A stretch of 64,000 bases of DNA from Spirochaetia bacterium (GTDB lineage Bacteria; Spirochaetota; Spirochaetia; SZUA-6; Bin103). The notes under the pieces were generated by a model, which did no database searches, was not told the DNA's origin, and worked only from the letters and a program-made list of their open reading frames with translations. Location of the stretch: contig CBDBDQ010000005.1 of NCBI GenBank assembly GCA_965203905.1, forward strand, positions 5,344,001 to 5,408,000. The letters run 5' to 3'. The stretch's first letter is position 1; each line of letters opens with the position of its first letter. Shown piece after piece: positions 31,545 through 41,405 of the stretch. Position numbers and translations under genes: made by a program.

Positions 31545-31720
31545 TGAACAGATTGCCAGAGCAGTGGTCAGGGGCCTTCGTCGGCGCGGAGTGGATGTCC
31601 TGACTATTCCAGAGGCAGGAACTCTGGAGTGTCGGACGCGGAGCAGTTGCAACGGGCGAGAAAGAACGGGTCATCTTCACCCAGGACGACGATTTTCTTC
31701 GACTGGCGGCGGCAACGCAT
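31519..31720 (+). pseudogene. DUF5615 PIN-like toxin, frameshifted and truncated
   Basis: RFYTDEQI..VVRGLRRRGVDV, then in other frames SDAEQL and VIFTQDDDFL. Confidence 0.75.
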
Positions 31721-31795
31721 CAGGACGTTCAACGAGGTCAACCGCGAGATGGGATACGGCCCGCTCGACATTCGAAGCCCCAGGGAGGTAGGAAC

Positions 31796-32065
31796 ATGAT
31801 GACCACGCGAGAGAAGAAAGAGTTCGACTGCGTGAAAACCACGCGCGAGATTCGTGATCGCGTCAGTGTCGAGTTGGCCGGGATGTCCTCTGAAGACCGG
31901 ATCCAGTGGCTCAATAGCAGGGGTTTCTCGGACCCGCTCCTGCGCCGCCTCGTCAACCGGCTGCGGCCACAGGAAGGTCGAGACGGCGAGTCCGCTCCGG
32001 GGCGCTCGACCCGCAGCCCCGTGCCCCGACCCGATTCCGTCCGTATCCCGCCAGGAAGCGAGTGA
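31796..32065 (+). CDS. Small hypothetical (antitoxin-like) protein
   Basis: KEFDCVKTTREIRDRVSVELAGMS; GGAGG RBS. Confidence 0.55.
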   Translation: MMTTREKKEFDCVKTTREIRDRVSVELAGMSSEDRIQWLNSRGFSDPLLRRLVNRLRPQEGRDGESAPGRSTRSPVPRPDSVRIPPGSE

Positions 32066-32165
32066 TGACGAACGCCGTCTACAAGCCTAAGCCGATGTGT
32101 ACCCAGCAGGCGATCCGCGCCGAAGGACGGCTGACCGAGATCCTGGCAGCCGGGTTCGTAAGCCC

Positions 32166-32470
32166 ATGATTACCCGCGTCGAGGCGCTCAACTTCCGCTG
32201 TCTGCGGTACGTGCATCGACCGATGAACCCGTTCCACGTATTGGTCGGCCCGAACGCATCTGGCAAGACGACGTTCCTGGACGTCATCGGTCTCCTGGGT
32301 GACATCGTGTCAGGCGGGCTGGATTACGCCCTGTCCGAGCGCACACCCAACCCGCAGGATCTGCTGTTCGGACGCCGCGGCAGTCGACTCGAACTCGCGG
32401 TGGAGGCGACCGTGCCCAACGCCCTTCGCCAACCCGAGGCGCAGCAGTGGAACACGGTTCGTTATCAATG
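32166..32470 (+). pseudogene. AAA_21/ABC-type ATPase N-terminal fragment
   Basis: MITRVEALNFRCLR..VLVGPNASGKTTFLD; similarity lost after about 100 aa. Confidence 0.75.
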
Positions 32471-32680
32471 CATGAAGGTGTGCGCACCGGCAGCGTCACT
32501 TGCTCGGCCCGCACTGTCGGCGGCGGTGCGGGCTCGTGCGTTCCCGCCACCGAGCAGAGGCCGCCGCACTTTCCCGCAGCAGAGGATCGGGCCGTGCGCT
32601 CGTATACGCTCAGCGTCGCCGCCGGTAGCGACGGCACGGCGGGCGATTGCGGCGTGTAACGTGGCGCGCTACAGTGCAGC

Positions 32681-32953
32681 ATGAGGATCAGGCACAAGGC
32701 ACTGCGGGCGCTGCACGAGCGCGACGACGCTGCGCGGCTGCCCTCCGGTCTCGTGCCACGGCTTCGGCGTATCCTGTTCCGTCTGCAAGAAGCGACGCAT
32801 CCGGGCAGCGCCGACGCGCCGGGCTTCCGGCTGCATCCCCTAAAGGGCGACCGCGCCGGACAGTGGAGCGTCCGCGTCTCGGGCAACTGGCGCGTGGTAT
32901 TCCGCTTCGAGGACGGCGAGGCCGTGGACGTGGACCTGATCGACTATCACTGA
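32681..32953 (+). CDS. higB: HigB/RelE family toxin
   Basis: IRHKAL, GFRLHPLKGDRAGQWSVRVSGNWRVVFRF..DLIDYH. Confidence 0.92.
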   Translation: MRIRHKALRALHERDDAARLPSGLVPRLRRILFRLQEATHPGSADAPGFRLHPLKGDRAGQWSVRVSGNWRVVFRFEDGEAVDVDLIDYH

Positions 32954-32972
32954 CTGGAACGGAGCGCAGACC

Positions 32973-33287
32973 ATGAGCGAGATTGCAAACGATCGCGTCG
33001 GCCCGATGCAGAACCCGCCGCACCTGGGCGAACTGATCCGCGAGAGCATGGACGATGTGGGCTGGAACGTGACCGAGACGGCGGAGCGTCTCGGCTGCGA
33101 GCGCGGAACGCTGTCGCGCCTGCTGAACGGCAAGGCGGGGGTGTCGGCGAATATGGCGCTGGCGCTTGAGGATGTCGGCTGGGGAACCGCCGAACACTGG
33201 ATGCGAATGCAGGCGAGCTACGAGCTTGCACAGGCGCGCCGGGAGAGGATCACCGCCGAACGGCGTGCGGGCGCGCTGCACGCATGA
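32973..33287 (+). CDS. higA: HigA family antitoxin
   Basis: NPPHLGELI, HTH, WMRMQASYEL. Confidence 0.92.
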   Translation: MSEIANDRVGPMQNPPHLGELIRESMDDVGWNVTETAERLGCERGTLSRLLNGKAGVSANMALALEDVGWGTAEHWMRMQASYELAQARRERITAERRAGALHA

Positions 33288-33394
33288 TCGAGCCTCGCGC
33301 AAGCGCGGACGGACGGGGGCACAATCCGGGCGGCTCCGCTTTCGGTCAGCGGTGCGCCGTCTGGCGCGCGGCGCAAGGCGGGCGGCGTGACCTG

Positions 33395-33598
33395 ATGCGC
33401 CTGTCGTGGAACGAGGTCCGCACCCGCGCCGCCACCTTCGCTGAGGATTGGAAGGACGCGGCCTACGAGAAGGGCGAAACACAGAGCTTCTACAACGCCT
33501 TCTTCGACGTGTTCGGGGTGCGGCGGCGGAACGTCGCGCGATACGAAGCCCATGTCCCCAAGCTGGACAACCGCTCGGGCGGGCGTGCTGCTCGTTGA
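33395..33598 (+). pseudogene. MmeI-like (type IIL/IIG) R-M enzyme N-terminal fragment
   Basis: MRLSWNEVRTRAATFAEDW..YEKGETQSFYNAFFDVFG. Confidence 0.75.
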
Positions 33599-33964
33599 AC
33601 AGCCAACGTTTCGATAGCGAATCAATCCCAAGGGAGTGCAGCTTTGATGCCCAAGCAGAACATCAACTTCAAGGATCCGCTGTGGATCGTTGCATGGCTC
33701 GATACAGCCCTGAAGAAGGAGAAGGAGAAATACGCCAAATGTCCCATAATTCCTGATATGGTTCGGGTGCGGCTCTTTTGCGACGACGCGGGGGAGGGCA
33801 TAGGCGTGGTGGGGAGAGCATGTATTACTCATGGCTACGGCGGGGATTCCGCGTTGCGATGGGGGCTGCGGACGGCAAGTTAAGTCAGGAGCGTGACGGA
33901 CGCAGATGAGCCGGTACGCAGGCGGCGGCTGGCGGGCGCGGGTGAGCGGTGGAAAGCTGGGGCG

Positions 33965-35578
33965 CTACCGGACGAGTCTCAGGTGCGGCACGGGGTTCGG
34001 GTGTTCCAGCGACGGCACGTTGCCTTCAGCGTAACGTTGGCGGTGGGTACGCTCCCACTCCTGCTGCTCATGGAACGTCCAGTAGGCGTCGAAATCGCCG
34101 CTGCTGCGCAGCGCCCTGAGGCGCAGTACCGCTTCGGCCGAGCGTAGTCGCCAGCGCGCACCGGTAATGCCAAGGCGGTCGTTGACCAAGTGCCGGCAGG
34201 CGCCTTCGACGACGCCCGAGCCAATCGGCAGCCCAGCGGCCAGGTAGCGGTCGTAGGCCAGGTAGCCCTGGTACTTCAGCAGGTAGTTGGCGCACTGGTC
34301 GATCGGTCGCCGCTGCCGCTTCGTCAGGCGGCGCCTGGTGGCGCTCCGGCGCATGCCGGCAGCCACCGAGCGGGCGCGGCCTTCCAGGATACGTCCCAGG
34401 CGCTGCAAGACCCACTGCTCCAACCGTTGGCTGCCTTCGGCCTCCAGGGCGTGGCCGGCTTTCCACAGGTATTCGAGCACGTGAAAGATGTCCAGCACGA
34501 TGGTCACCTGCACCCCGTGGTGCGCGGCCAGCTCTGCCAGGAGGTCCAACTGCGTCCGGTTGCCGTCGACCACCGCGACCCAGGTCTGCTGCTGCTGCGG
34601 ATCGCGCTCGCGCGCTTCTCGGAACGCCTCCTGCAACATCTGCCGAGGTTCCTGCTTCAGACTCGCCCACACGCGCTTGTGCTGCGGTCGCGGTCGCGGC
34701 GGCGAGCGTTGCTGCTCGGCGTCCTCAGCGCGCGCCAGCAGCGCCAGCATCTGCTGCGGCGTGCGCACGTGGGCGGCCACCGAGTAGACGACCGCCACCG
34801 TGGCCATGCGCTTGCGGTTGCGTTTCTCGCCCTTGCTCAGGCGCGTGGCCAGCTTGCCACGCGCCGTGCGCTCGCTGGCCGCGCGCGTGGCAGGTCGCAG
34901 GTCCTGCTGGTGCATGACCACGCCCTTGGCGTCGCTGGTGATCACCAGCAGGACATCCTCAGTCGCCTGCGGCTCGACCGCTCCGTGGTCGGCGACCGTC
35001 TGCTCCGCAGACGCTTGCTGGCGCCGCTGCTGGTAGAAGGCGTCGAAGTCCTGCGCCGCCCGACTGACCAGTTCTTCCACCTGCCGCTTGCCGATCTTGG
35101 CACCGGTGTAGCGATTGAGCGCCTCCACCGTCTCGTCAAACGAGTTCTTCGATGCTTCCAACGCTACTCGCCGCCGCACCTCCAGCGAGTAGCGCTCGGC
35201 GGGAAGGTTCAACTGCGCATCCAGCGGATGCAGGCTCGCTTGCCCCTCCGCCCCGTAGCCGGTGCGCGCTACCTGGACGGTGCCGAAGATCGTCTCCAAC
35301 TGGCGCTGCTGGGTCCGCTGGCGCGTGCGCGGCTGGCCTTGCGCATCCACCACCTCTGCGCTGACCTGCGCCTCGGCCTGCTGGTCAAGACAGTTCTGGT
35401 AGAGTTGCCGTAACAGTTCCTGACCTTCGCTGGTCAGCAGTCGCTCCAGGTCACTGTGCTTCATCTGTCGCGTCTCTACGTCGTTGGCTATTCGCAGCAG
35501 GTGCTCGAACCGCGCCCGCGTGGCAGCGAAGGGGTCGGCGGCCGGCTCACTCGCCCACGCCTGAGGAGCGCCCATCAC
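33965..35578 (-). CDS. ISKra4 family DDE transposase
   Basis: LETIFGTV, PLDAQLNLP, SDAKGV, VVDG, LDIFHVLEYLWKA, GLPIGSGVVEGAC. Confidence 0.9.
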   Translation of the reverse strand: MMGAPQAWASEPAADPFAATRARFEHLLRIANDVETRQMKHSDLERLLTSEGQELLRQLYQNCLDQQAEAQVSAEVVDAQGQPRTRQRTQQRQLETIFGTVQVARTGYGAEGQASLHPLDAQLNLPAERYSLEVRRRVALEASKNSFDETVEALNRYTGAKIGKRQVEELVSRAAQDFDAFYQQRRQQASAEQTVADHGAVEPQATEDVLLVITSDAKGVVMHQQDLRPATRAASERTARGKLATRLSKGEKRNRKRMATVAVVYSVAAHVRTPQQMLALLARAEDAEQQRSPPRPRPQHKRVWASLKQEPRQMLQEAFREARERDPQQQQTWVAVVDGNRTQLDLLAELAAHHGVQVTIVLDIFHVLEYLWKAGHALEAEGSQRLEQWVLQRLGRILEGRARSVAAGMRRSATRRRLTKRQRRPIDQCANYLLKYQGYLAYDRYLAAGLPIGSGVVEGACRHLVNDRLGITGARWRLRSAEAVLRLRALRSSGDFDAYWTFHEQQEWERTHRQRYAEGNVPSLEHPNPVPHLRLVR

Positions 35579-36408
35579 TCAGCCCTGCGCCAGCCGGCGT
35601 TGCGCGTCGGCCACCAGAGGATACACCAGAACCCGCTTCGGCGCTTGCCCATGACGGGTATGGGCGCGGTCCATGCGTCCCCGACCTGCCGTGGCGCCCA
35701 ACTCGATCCAGTTGGCAGCCCGGTAGCAGGTGCCGGCAAAGCGACCGCTATCCACCAGCGTCTCCAGCAGCAGTGGCTCGACCGCGAACCGCTGCTGCCA
35801 ATCGGCAGCCAGCCGCCCGGCCAGCAGCGCCAGCAGGCGGCTGGCCAGGTTCTTCACCCGGACCCACGGCAGCACCAGGAAGCGACTGTTGTTGACCACC
35901 CGTTGCAGATTGCGTGTCCGAGTCGGTTCGTCCCAGCCGATCCAGCGCTCGCGCGCCGCCAGCCGCCACGCCGGCGAGGACAGTTGCAACGCCGCCACCA
36001 GCGTCGTGGTGGGCTCGCTGACGAACGCCAGATAGCGCAGTTGGGCACCGAACGGCACCCGGTAGCCCAGGTAGTGATAGCGGCCCACCAGCTCCCGCCA
36101 CCAGCGCTGCTCGCCGGCAGTCGTGACCGGCTCCAGGTGTACGCTGCCGAACTGCCCGACGGTGCCGCATACTGGCCGCCCCGGCTCGCCAGCCGGCGTG
36201 CACGGCACCTCGGTGTGCGAGCCCAGCGGGCGCCCGGTGCTGCGCTTCGGCGGCAGGCGCAGGCGACCGCTGCGCTGCAGCATTGCAAACAGATCACGAC
36301 ATTCGCGGACCTTCAGCGCACCGTTCGGGCGCTGCCAGCGCAGCCGCCGACTGGAGTTGCCCCGCTTTCGTGGACACATTAGGAGTGAGGCGGAAGGAGG
36401 AGGCAACG

Positions 36409-36723
36409 ATGCCGAAGACACATCGACCGTACGCGCCTGAGTTTCGCCAGCAGATGGTCGAGCTGGTGCAGTCGGGGCGCACGCCTGAGGAGTTGGCGCT
36501 GGATTACGAGCCGTCGGCGGGCGCGATCCGCAACTGGGTGGCGCAGCAGGAGCGGGACGCTGGACGACGCGAGGACGGGTTGAGCAGCGATGAACGCCAG
36601 GAGCTGCGCCGACTGCGGCGGGAGAACAAGCAGCTGCGGATTGAGCGCGACATCCTAAAAAAAGCAGCGGCCTGGTTCGCACGGGAGAGCGACTCGATCC
36701 CCGAGCGGGGTTCGAGTTCGTGA
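36409..36723 (+). CDS. IS3 family OrfA
   Basis: YAPEFRQQMVEL, ELRRLRRENKQLRIERDILKKAAAWF; A7G motif at 36657-36664. Confidence 0.92.
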   Translation: MPKTHRPYAPEFRQQMVELVQSGRTPEELALDYEPSAGAIRNWVAQQERDAGRREDGLSSDERQELRRLRRENKQLRIERDILKKAAAWFARESDSIPERGSSS

Positions 36724-37571
36724 AAGCCAACCAGGCCAACTGGCCGGTACGCACGATATGTCGAGTACTGGGTCTCTCCGCCAGCGGCTACTACGCGTGG
36801 ATGCGCCGCGAGCCGTCGGCGCGAGAGCGGCGCGATGGACAGTTGCGGGAGCGTATCACGGCGATATGGAGAGCCAACCGCGAGGTGTATGGTCGCCCGC
36901 GCATCCACGCCGAGTTGCAGGCTGAGAACGAGCGAGTCGGGCACAAGCGGGTGGCGCGGCTGATGCAGCAGGCCGGCATCGAAGGGGCCAGCCGCCGGCG
37001 CGGGCCCAGGACCACAACGCGTGGCGCGGCGACCCGTCCGGCGCCAGACTTGGTGGAGCGGAACTTCACCGCGGCCGGGGCCGACCAATTGTGGGTGGCC
37101 GACATTACGTACGTGCCGACGTGGGCGGGGTTTCTGTACGTGGCGGTGGTGCTGGATGCCTGGAGCCGCCGGGTGGTGGGCTGGTCGATGGCCGGTCATC
37201 TGCGCACGGAACTGGTGCTGGAGGCGCTGGACATGGCGCTCTGGCAGCGGCGCCCCGAGCAGGTGATCCACCACAGCGACCAGGGCTCGCAGTACACCTC
37301 GATTGCGTTCGGGGTGCGCTGCAAAGAGGCCGGCGTGCGGCCGTCGATGGGCTCGGTGGGCGATGCATACGACAATGCGCTGTGCGAAAGTTTCTTCGCC
37401 ACCCTGGAGTGCGAGTTGCTCGATCGGAGCCGATTTCGCAGCCGTGCCGAGGCGCGCTTGGCAGTATTCGAGTTCATCGAGGGGTTCTACAACCGGCGCC
37501 GGCGTCACTCGGCGCTGGGCTACCAGTCGCCGGTCGCGTTCGAGGCTGCTCGGACAGGAGCGGCAGCATGA
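36720..37571 (+). CDS. IS3 family OrfB (DDE integrase core)
   Basis: YGRPRI, WVADITY, HHSDQGSQY, DNALCESFF, YNRRRRHSALG. Confidence 0.93.
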   Translation: MKANQANWPVRTICRVLGLSASGYYAWMRREPSARERRDGQLRERITAIWRANREVYGRPRIHAELQAENERVGHKRVARLMQQAGIEGASRRRGPRTTTRGAATRPAPDLVERNFTAAGADQLWVADITYVPTWAGFLYVAVVLDAWSRRVVGWSMAGHLRTELVLEALDMALWQRRPEQVIHHSDQGSQYTSIAFGVRCKEAGVRPSMGSVGDAYDNALCESFFATLECELLDRSRFRSRAEARLAVFEFIEGFYNRRRRHSALGYQSPVAFEAARTGAAA

Positions 37572-37654
37572 GCGCCGGCGCGGTGCCGATACTGGCGCGC
37601 GCCCCCTCCAGGGACGTGATTCGTCGGCAATTGGCCGTCTCCGGACCGCTCGGC

Positions 37655-38049
37655 GGCCGCGAGTTGGCGCTCGAAGCCGCCATCAGGAAGCTCGACAAGT
37701 TTCACCTCTGATGCGCGATGATTTTTCCTACGTCACCAAGGATCAGGCCGAGACCAGCGTCCTGTTCGAGCTGATCAGCGCACGTTACGAGCAACGCTCG
37801 CTGCTGCTCACCGCCAACCAGCCGTTCGGCCAGTGGGACAGGATCTTCCCCGAGCCGGCCATGACCGTCGCCGCCATCGACCGCCTGGTGCACCGCGCCA
37901 CCATCTTCGAACTCAACGTCGAGAGCTACCGGCGGCGCACCGCCAGCGACCACAAACGCTCCCGCCAGCGCGCCGCAGCGAGCGCCGGCGCGGCCGCCGA
38001 CCAGACCGCCGGCGCACCGCCGGGACCGTTACGTAACGGTGCGCAGTGA
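37655..38049 (+). pseudogene. istB: IS21 IstB ATPase C-terminal fragment
   Basis: KLDKFHL, DDFSY, LFELISARYEQRS..TAN, AAIDRLVHRA, ESYR; Walker A absent. Confidence 0.85.
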
Positions 38050-38339
38050 GCATGGCTTTGACCAACGCCCAGCGCCAACGGCGTTATCGACAGCGCCACC
38101 AAGCAGCGCAACCGCAGGTGCGCTATCGACGACCTCAGGACCGCCGCTCCCGACCGCAGCGCTGGCAGGATGCGGTGCGCACTCTGCTTGAGCTTCAGGA
38201 TGAGTATCAGGCCTGGCTCGACAACCTGCCCGACAATCTTACCGAGTCGGTGCTCGCGCACAAGCTGGAGGCGATTTGCATGCTGGATCTTGCCGAACTG
38301 GAGAGCATCGAGCCGCCGCGCGGGTTCGGTCGCGACTGA
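38046..38339 (+). CDS. Small IS-associated hypothetical protein
   Basis: ALTNAQRQRRYR...EYQAWLDNLP...PPRGFGRD; GTGA overlap with the istB fragment. Confidence 0.65.
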   Translation: MSMALTNAQRQRRYRQRHQAAQPQVRYRRPQDRRSRPQRWQDAVRTLLELQDEYQAWLDNLPDNLTESVLAHKLEAICMLDLAELESIEPPRGFGRD

Positions 38340-40025
38340 GGAACCCCCGCCAACTCGCCCGTTCCGCTGGTCCAGCCCGCGCCCGTAGCGGCCCCAGGGC
38401 CCGCTACGGGCCGAGCGCGACTTCTCACGGTCGCTACGAGCAAGCGCCAACGCCCAGCCAACGGGTCCTCAGAGCGCTTGTTCAGGCCCAGCCGGCGTCG
38501 CTCGCGGCGGATCGCCTCCAAAAATCGCCCGAGGATCGCCGTGGCGGGCTTCGCGGCAGCAAGGTGGTATCGGGATACCCCCCGAGAATCACCTGCCGGC
38601 GGACCTCAACGCCAGTTTCGCGGTCATTTCTGGACAAAATGTTCAGCATACGGCTGTCGCGCTCCCTCTGTGTAGGAGGGCGTCCGACGGCGGTGGCCGC
38701 ACGCCAGCCGTGGAGGCCTACCCGGCGTCCTGGGCGCCCGGACAGATAGGAGTTGAGTTATCCACATATTCACAGGGTCAAACACCCCCCGCCCCCGGAC
38801 CCCCACCCCCCTTTACCGCCACCTTTATTTGCCCTGGGACCCGGGAGGCGTGAGTTGACAACCAACGGAATACACCTCAACCTACCGCGGACTACCCCGC
38901 CACCTCAGCAGTTACCTGTCCACCGAAACGGGACACGTCCAGACACACCTGCACCATCAACTGCGTACGACTGCTGCGGCCACCGGCGGCAACGATCTGG
39001 CAGACGATCCGCAGTTCAGCCTCACTGAACGTTCTGCCGGCGCTGCGCACGCCCTCGCTGTTGGCATTCATCGGCACCCTCCGCTGACAACGGAGGCACC
39101 GTACCGAGTCGTGGTGGGTTTTGTCCAGCCCTTGCTATGCCCGCCAGCACGATACGTGGCAGCCTATGGCCCCGTTCCCCAAGCGTATGCCGCTGAACCA
39201 GCGCCGGGCGTCCGACAGAACCCCCAATTAACGCATCAAACTGAAGATAGAGGTCGTCCTAAAAGAGCCGCACCCATATGGTTCCTGGTCACGAAGTTGC
39301 GCAAGGATGGGGCTACGTTGTGGCCGGTTACTTTCTCGTGGAAGAATCGTTGAAGGCGCTCTTGTTCGTTAGAGGAAACCAGACAGTTCCGAAGAAACAT
39401 TCACTGTCTACTTTATTCGACATGTTGGAGAACAACGACAAGGCAGTTCTTCGAGAATACTACGATGATTATCGGAACACAATGGGCGGAAGAATTGGCA
39501 CCTTTCCCTTCCATACACTTCATGAATTTCTCCTGAATCTTGATGGCGACAAGAATAGAAAAGGTTCATTCGATTGGAGATACTATCTCATTGAGGAAAA
39601 GAGCAGCAACGTAATGCCGACAGTGAGCGTCGATTATTTGCATGAGATTGTCTACGGATGTACGCGAATTGTTGAACATGCGCACTACCGACGCTCCGAT
39701 CCGTCGAGATCCACTCTGTCGCGGCGAATGCATGCGAAGAGGAAGTTGAAGTATACCGACTGGCTAACAGTCAGAATGAATACAGAAGGGTGGGATGATC
39801 TGGGAGAGAGATTAGAAATTCTCTGGGGTCCGGATCGTCTCGGACGATACGACCTTCTGTTATTCGGAGATAAAGGTCGGAAACAGTATTTTTCGGAAAT
39901 TCCCGACGACCTTTCAGTACCTGTGGTTGATAAGAGGAACGAGATAGAAAAGTTCGATGTAGAGAAAGGATACAGGAGCATTGGGGTTTTTCGACCTGAA
40001 CGCACAGGCTCTTAATGACATCGAT

Positions 40026-40790
40026 CATTCTTTCATCGCCGCGGCGATAAGGCTCCCGACTTTTTCCGCGGCTTCGACGAGGTGCGCATCGGCAAGGTGG
40101 GTAGCCCGTCGTCGTCCGGTTTCGGGGTGTCCAAGCAGCTTGCCGACCAGGGGCGAGTTCTCGCCCACCATGACGGCCTGGCTATCGGCCGTGTGGCGCA
40201 GATGGTGCAGGCGCAGCTTGCGGAGCCTGGCATCGGCGCAGACCGTCCGCCAGCAGTTAGTCAGAATCCAGAGCTTCGGCCTTTGGTCTGGACGGGAAAC
40301 AGGGACGCGTCCTGGTCACGGGGACCGGGCTGCGCCTCGATGAGCGCTCGCGCCGGCGCGCCGAGCGGCACGGCGCGGGGACCAGTCGTCGAGTCGGGTA
40401 AGTTGGTGGCGTCGTCTCTGACATCGCGCCAGCGAAGATTGAGCACTTCGCTGCGGCGGCATCCGGTGAGCGCCAGCAACCGGATCGCGCCGACGGCCTC
40501 GGGCCAGCGGGCTTCGTGCGCTTCAAGCGCGCGCGAGCCGGGGCAGCTCGTCCGTATCGAGGAACCGGACAACATTGTTCCTCGGGTTCTTCGCGATACC
40601 CAGTATTCCGTAGCTCGGGGTTGGGCGGCGCGGACGCGCCGGGCGAAGGTGGATTTCTCGGCCATAGTTGCGGCTCCCTGTTCGGGCCGCGCGGGTGGGC
40701 GGTAGTACAGGAAGCAGCCGCGGCGGCGTTGCGTCGGGGAAGCCGCCCGGCGGCGCGGGACGGGACGGGCCGTAAGGCCCTGTAGTCACG
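40026..40790 (-). pseudogene. Tyrosine recombinase/integrase C-terminal remnant
   Basis: RFLDTDEL, IRLLALTGCRRSEVLNLRW, LHDLRHT, LVGKLLGH, HLADAHL in shifting frames. Confidence 0.8.
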
Positions 40791-41132
40791 GGATTTTCTG
40801 TCCGTCCATGCGCTGGCGGGCGCTGGCGGGAAGGGCACCATCGGTGCGTCGGGTGTGGCGCGCAGCGTATCGCTCTACCAACAGCTCGCCGAACGAAGTG
40901 GTACGGCGACTGGGCTCGCAGGTGGCGTGCCGTACCATCGGCGACCCGGTGACGCAGTCCCTGAGCGATGCTCGTACGCTACTCGCACGGATGATCTGCC
41001 CGCGGGCGCCGCGGCACGAGCGGTGCCGCTGTTCTGTCGCTTGGCCACGGATGCGGCGTGCGCGCGAGGCGAAGTCTACTTTCCCGGGTTGCAGATCGTG
41101 ACACCCACGTGCATTGATAGAGGAGGAGTGAC

Positions 41133-41384
41133 ATGTCGACGCCAACCACCCGACTGCCGGACGATACCCATGGGCGACTGAAGGAGATTGCCCGGCAACG
41201 GGGAATGAGTATGAACAAGCTCATCGAGGAATTCTCCACCGTGGCAATCGCGCACTACGACGCCGAGACGCGTTTTCGGGCTATGGCCGCCAGGGGGTCG
41301 GTAGACGAGGGGCTCCGTATCATGGACAAGCTCGATGCAGCGTTTACCGGCTCCACGGACTCCGAGCGCGGACAACGCCAGTAA
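41133..41384 (+). CDS. RHH/HicB-like antitoxin, no adjacent toxin
   Basis: RLPDDTHGRLKEIARQRGMSMNKLIEE; GAGGAG RBS. Confidence 0.75.
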   Translation: MSTPTTRLPDDTHGRLKEIARQRGMSMNKLIEEFSTVAIAHYDAETRFRAMAARGSVDEGLRIMDKLDAAFTGSTDSERGQRQ

Positions 41385-41405
41385 CAGGCTACGAAATACT
41401 CCGTG

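Larger units (their letters stand above)
36352..38941 (+). mobile_element. IS3-family element with about 1.35 kb of 3' cargo
   Basis: TG...CA ends; IRs TGGAGTTGCCCCGCTTTCGTGGACA and revcomp TGGACGTGTCCCGTTTCGGTGGACA (19/25); TSD GAC at 36349-36351 and 38942-38944. Confidence 0.9.
35579..39077 (-). pseudogene. DUF4338 (DruA-like domain) passenger gene split by IS3 (39077-38942 plus 36348-35579)
   Basis: YHYLG, AWRLAARERWIGW, VNNSRFLVLPW, NLAS, LLETLVD, GTCYRAANW; the junction rejoins as VQVCRRLRWQ. Confidence 0.85.
33765..39275 (-). mobile_element. ISKra4-family element with nested IS3 insertion
   Basis: IRs GGGTGCGGCTCTTTTGCGACGAC (33765-33787) and GTCGTCCTAAAAGAGCCGCACCC (39253-39275), 21/23 match; TSD ATATGGTTC at 33756-33764 and 39276-39284. 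Confidence 0.92.
33647..40015 (+). pseudogene. HEPN-like gene split by the ISKra4-family element (33647-33764 plus 39285-40015)
   Basis: Removing the IS and one TSD gives one ORF ...CPIIPDMVPGHEVAQGWGY...EESLKALL...PKKHSLSTLF; low GC on both sides. Confidence 0.8.

Noticed and set aside
35579-36754. Druantia defence system, or a 391-aa DUF4338 protein
   Set aside because: No DruB-E genes are present. The ORF's first ~135 residues are IS3 antisense sequence; the true N-terminus is at 38942-39077.
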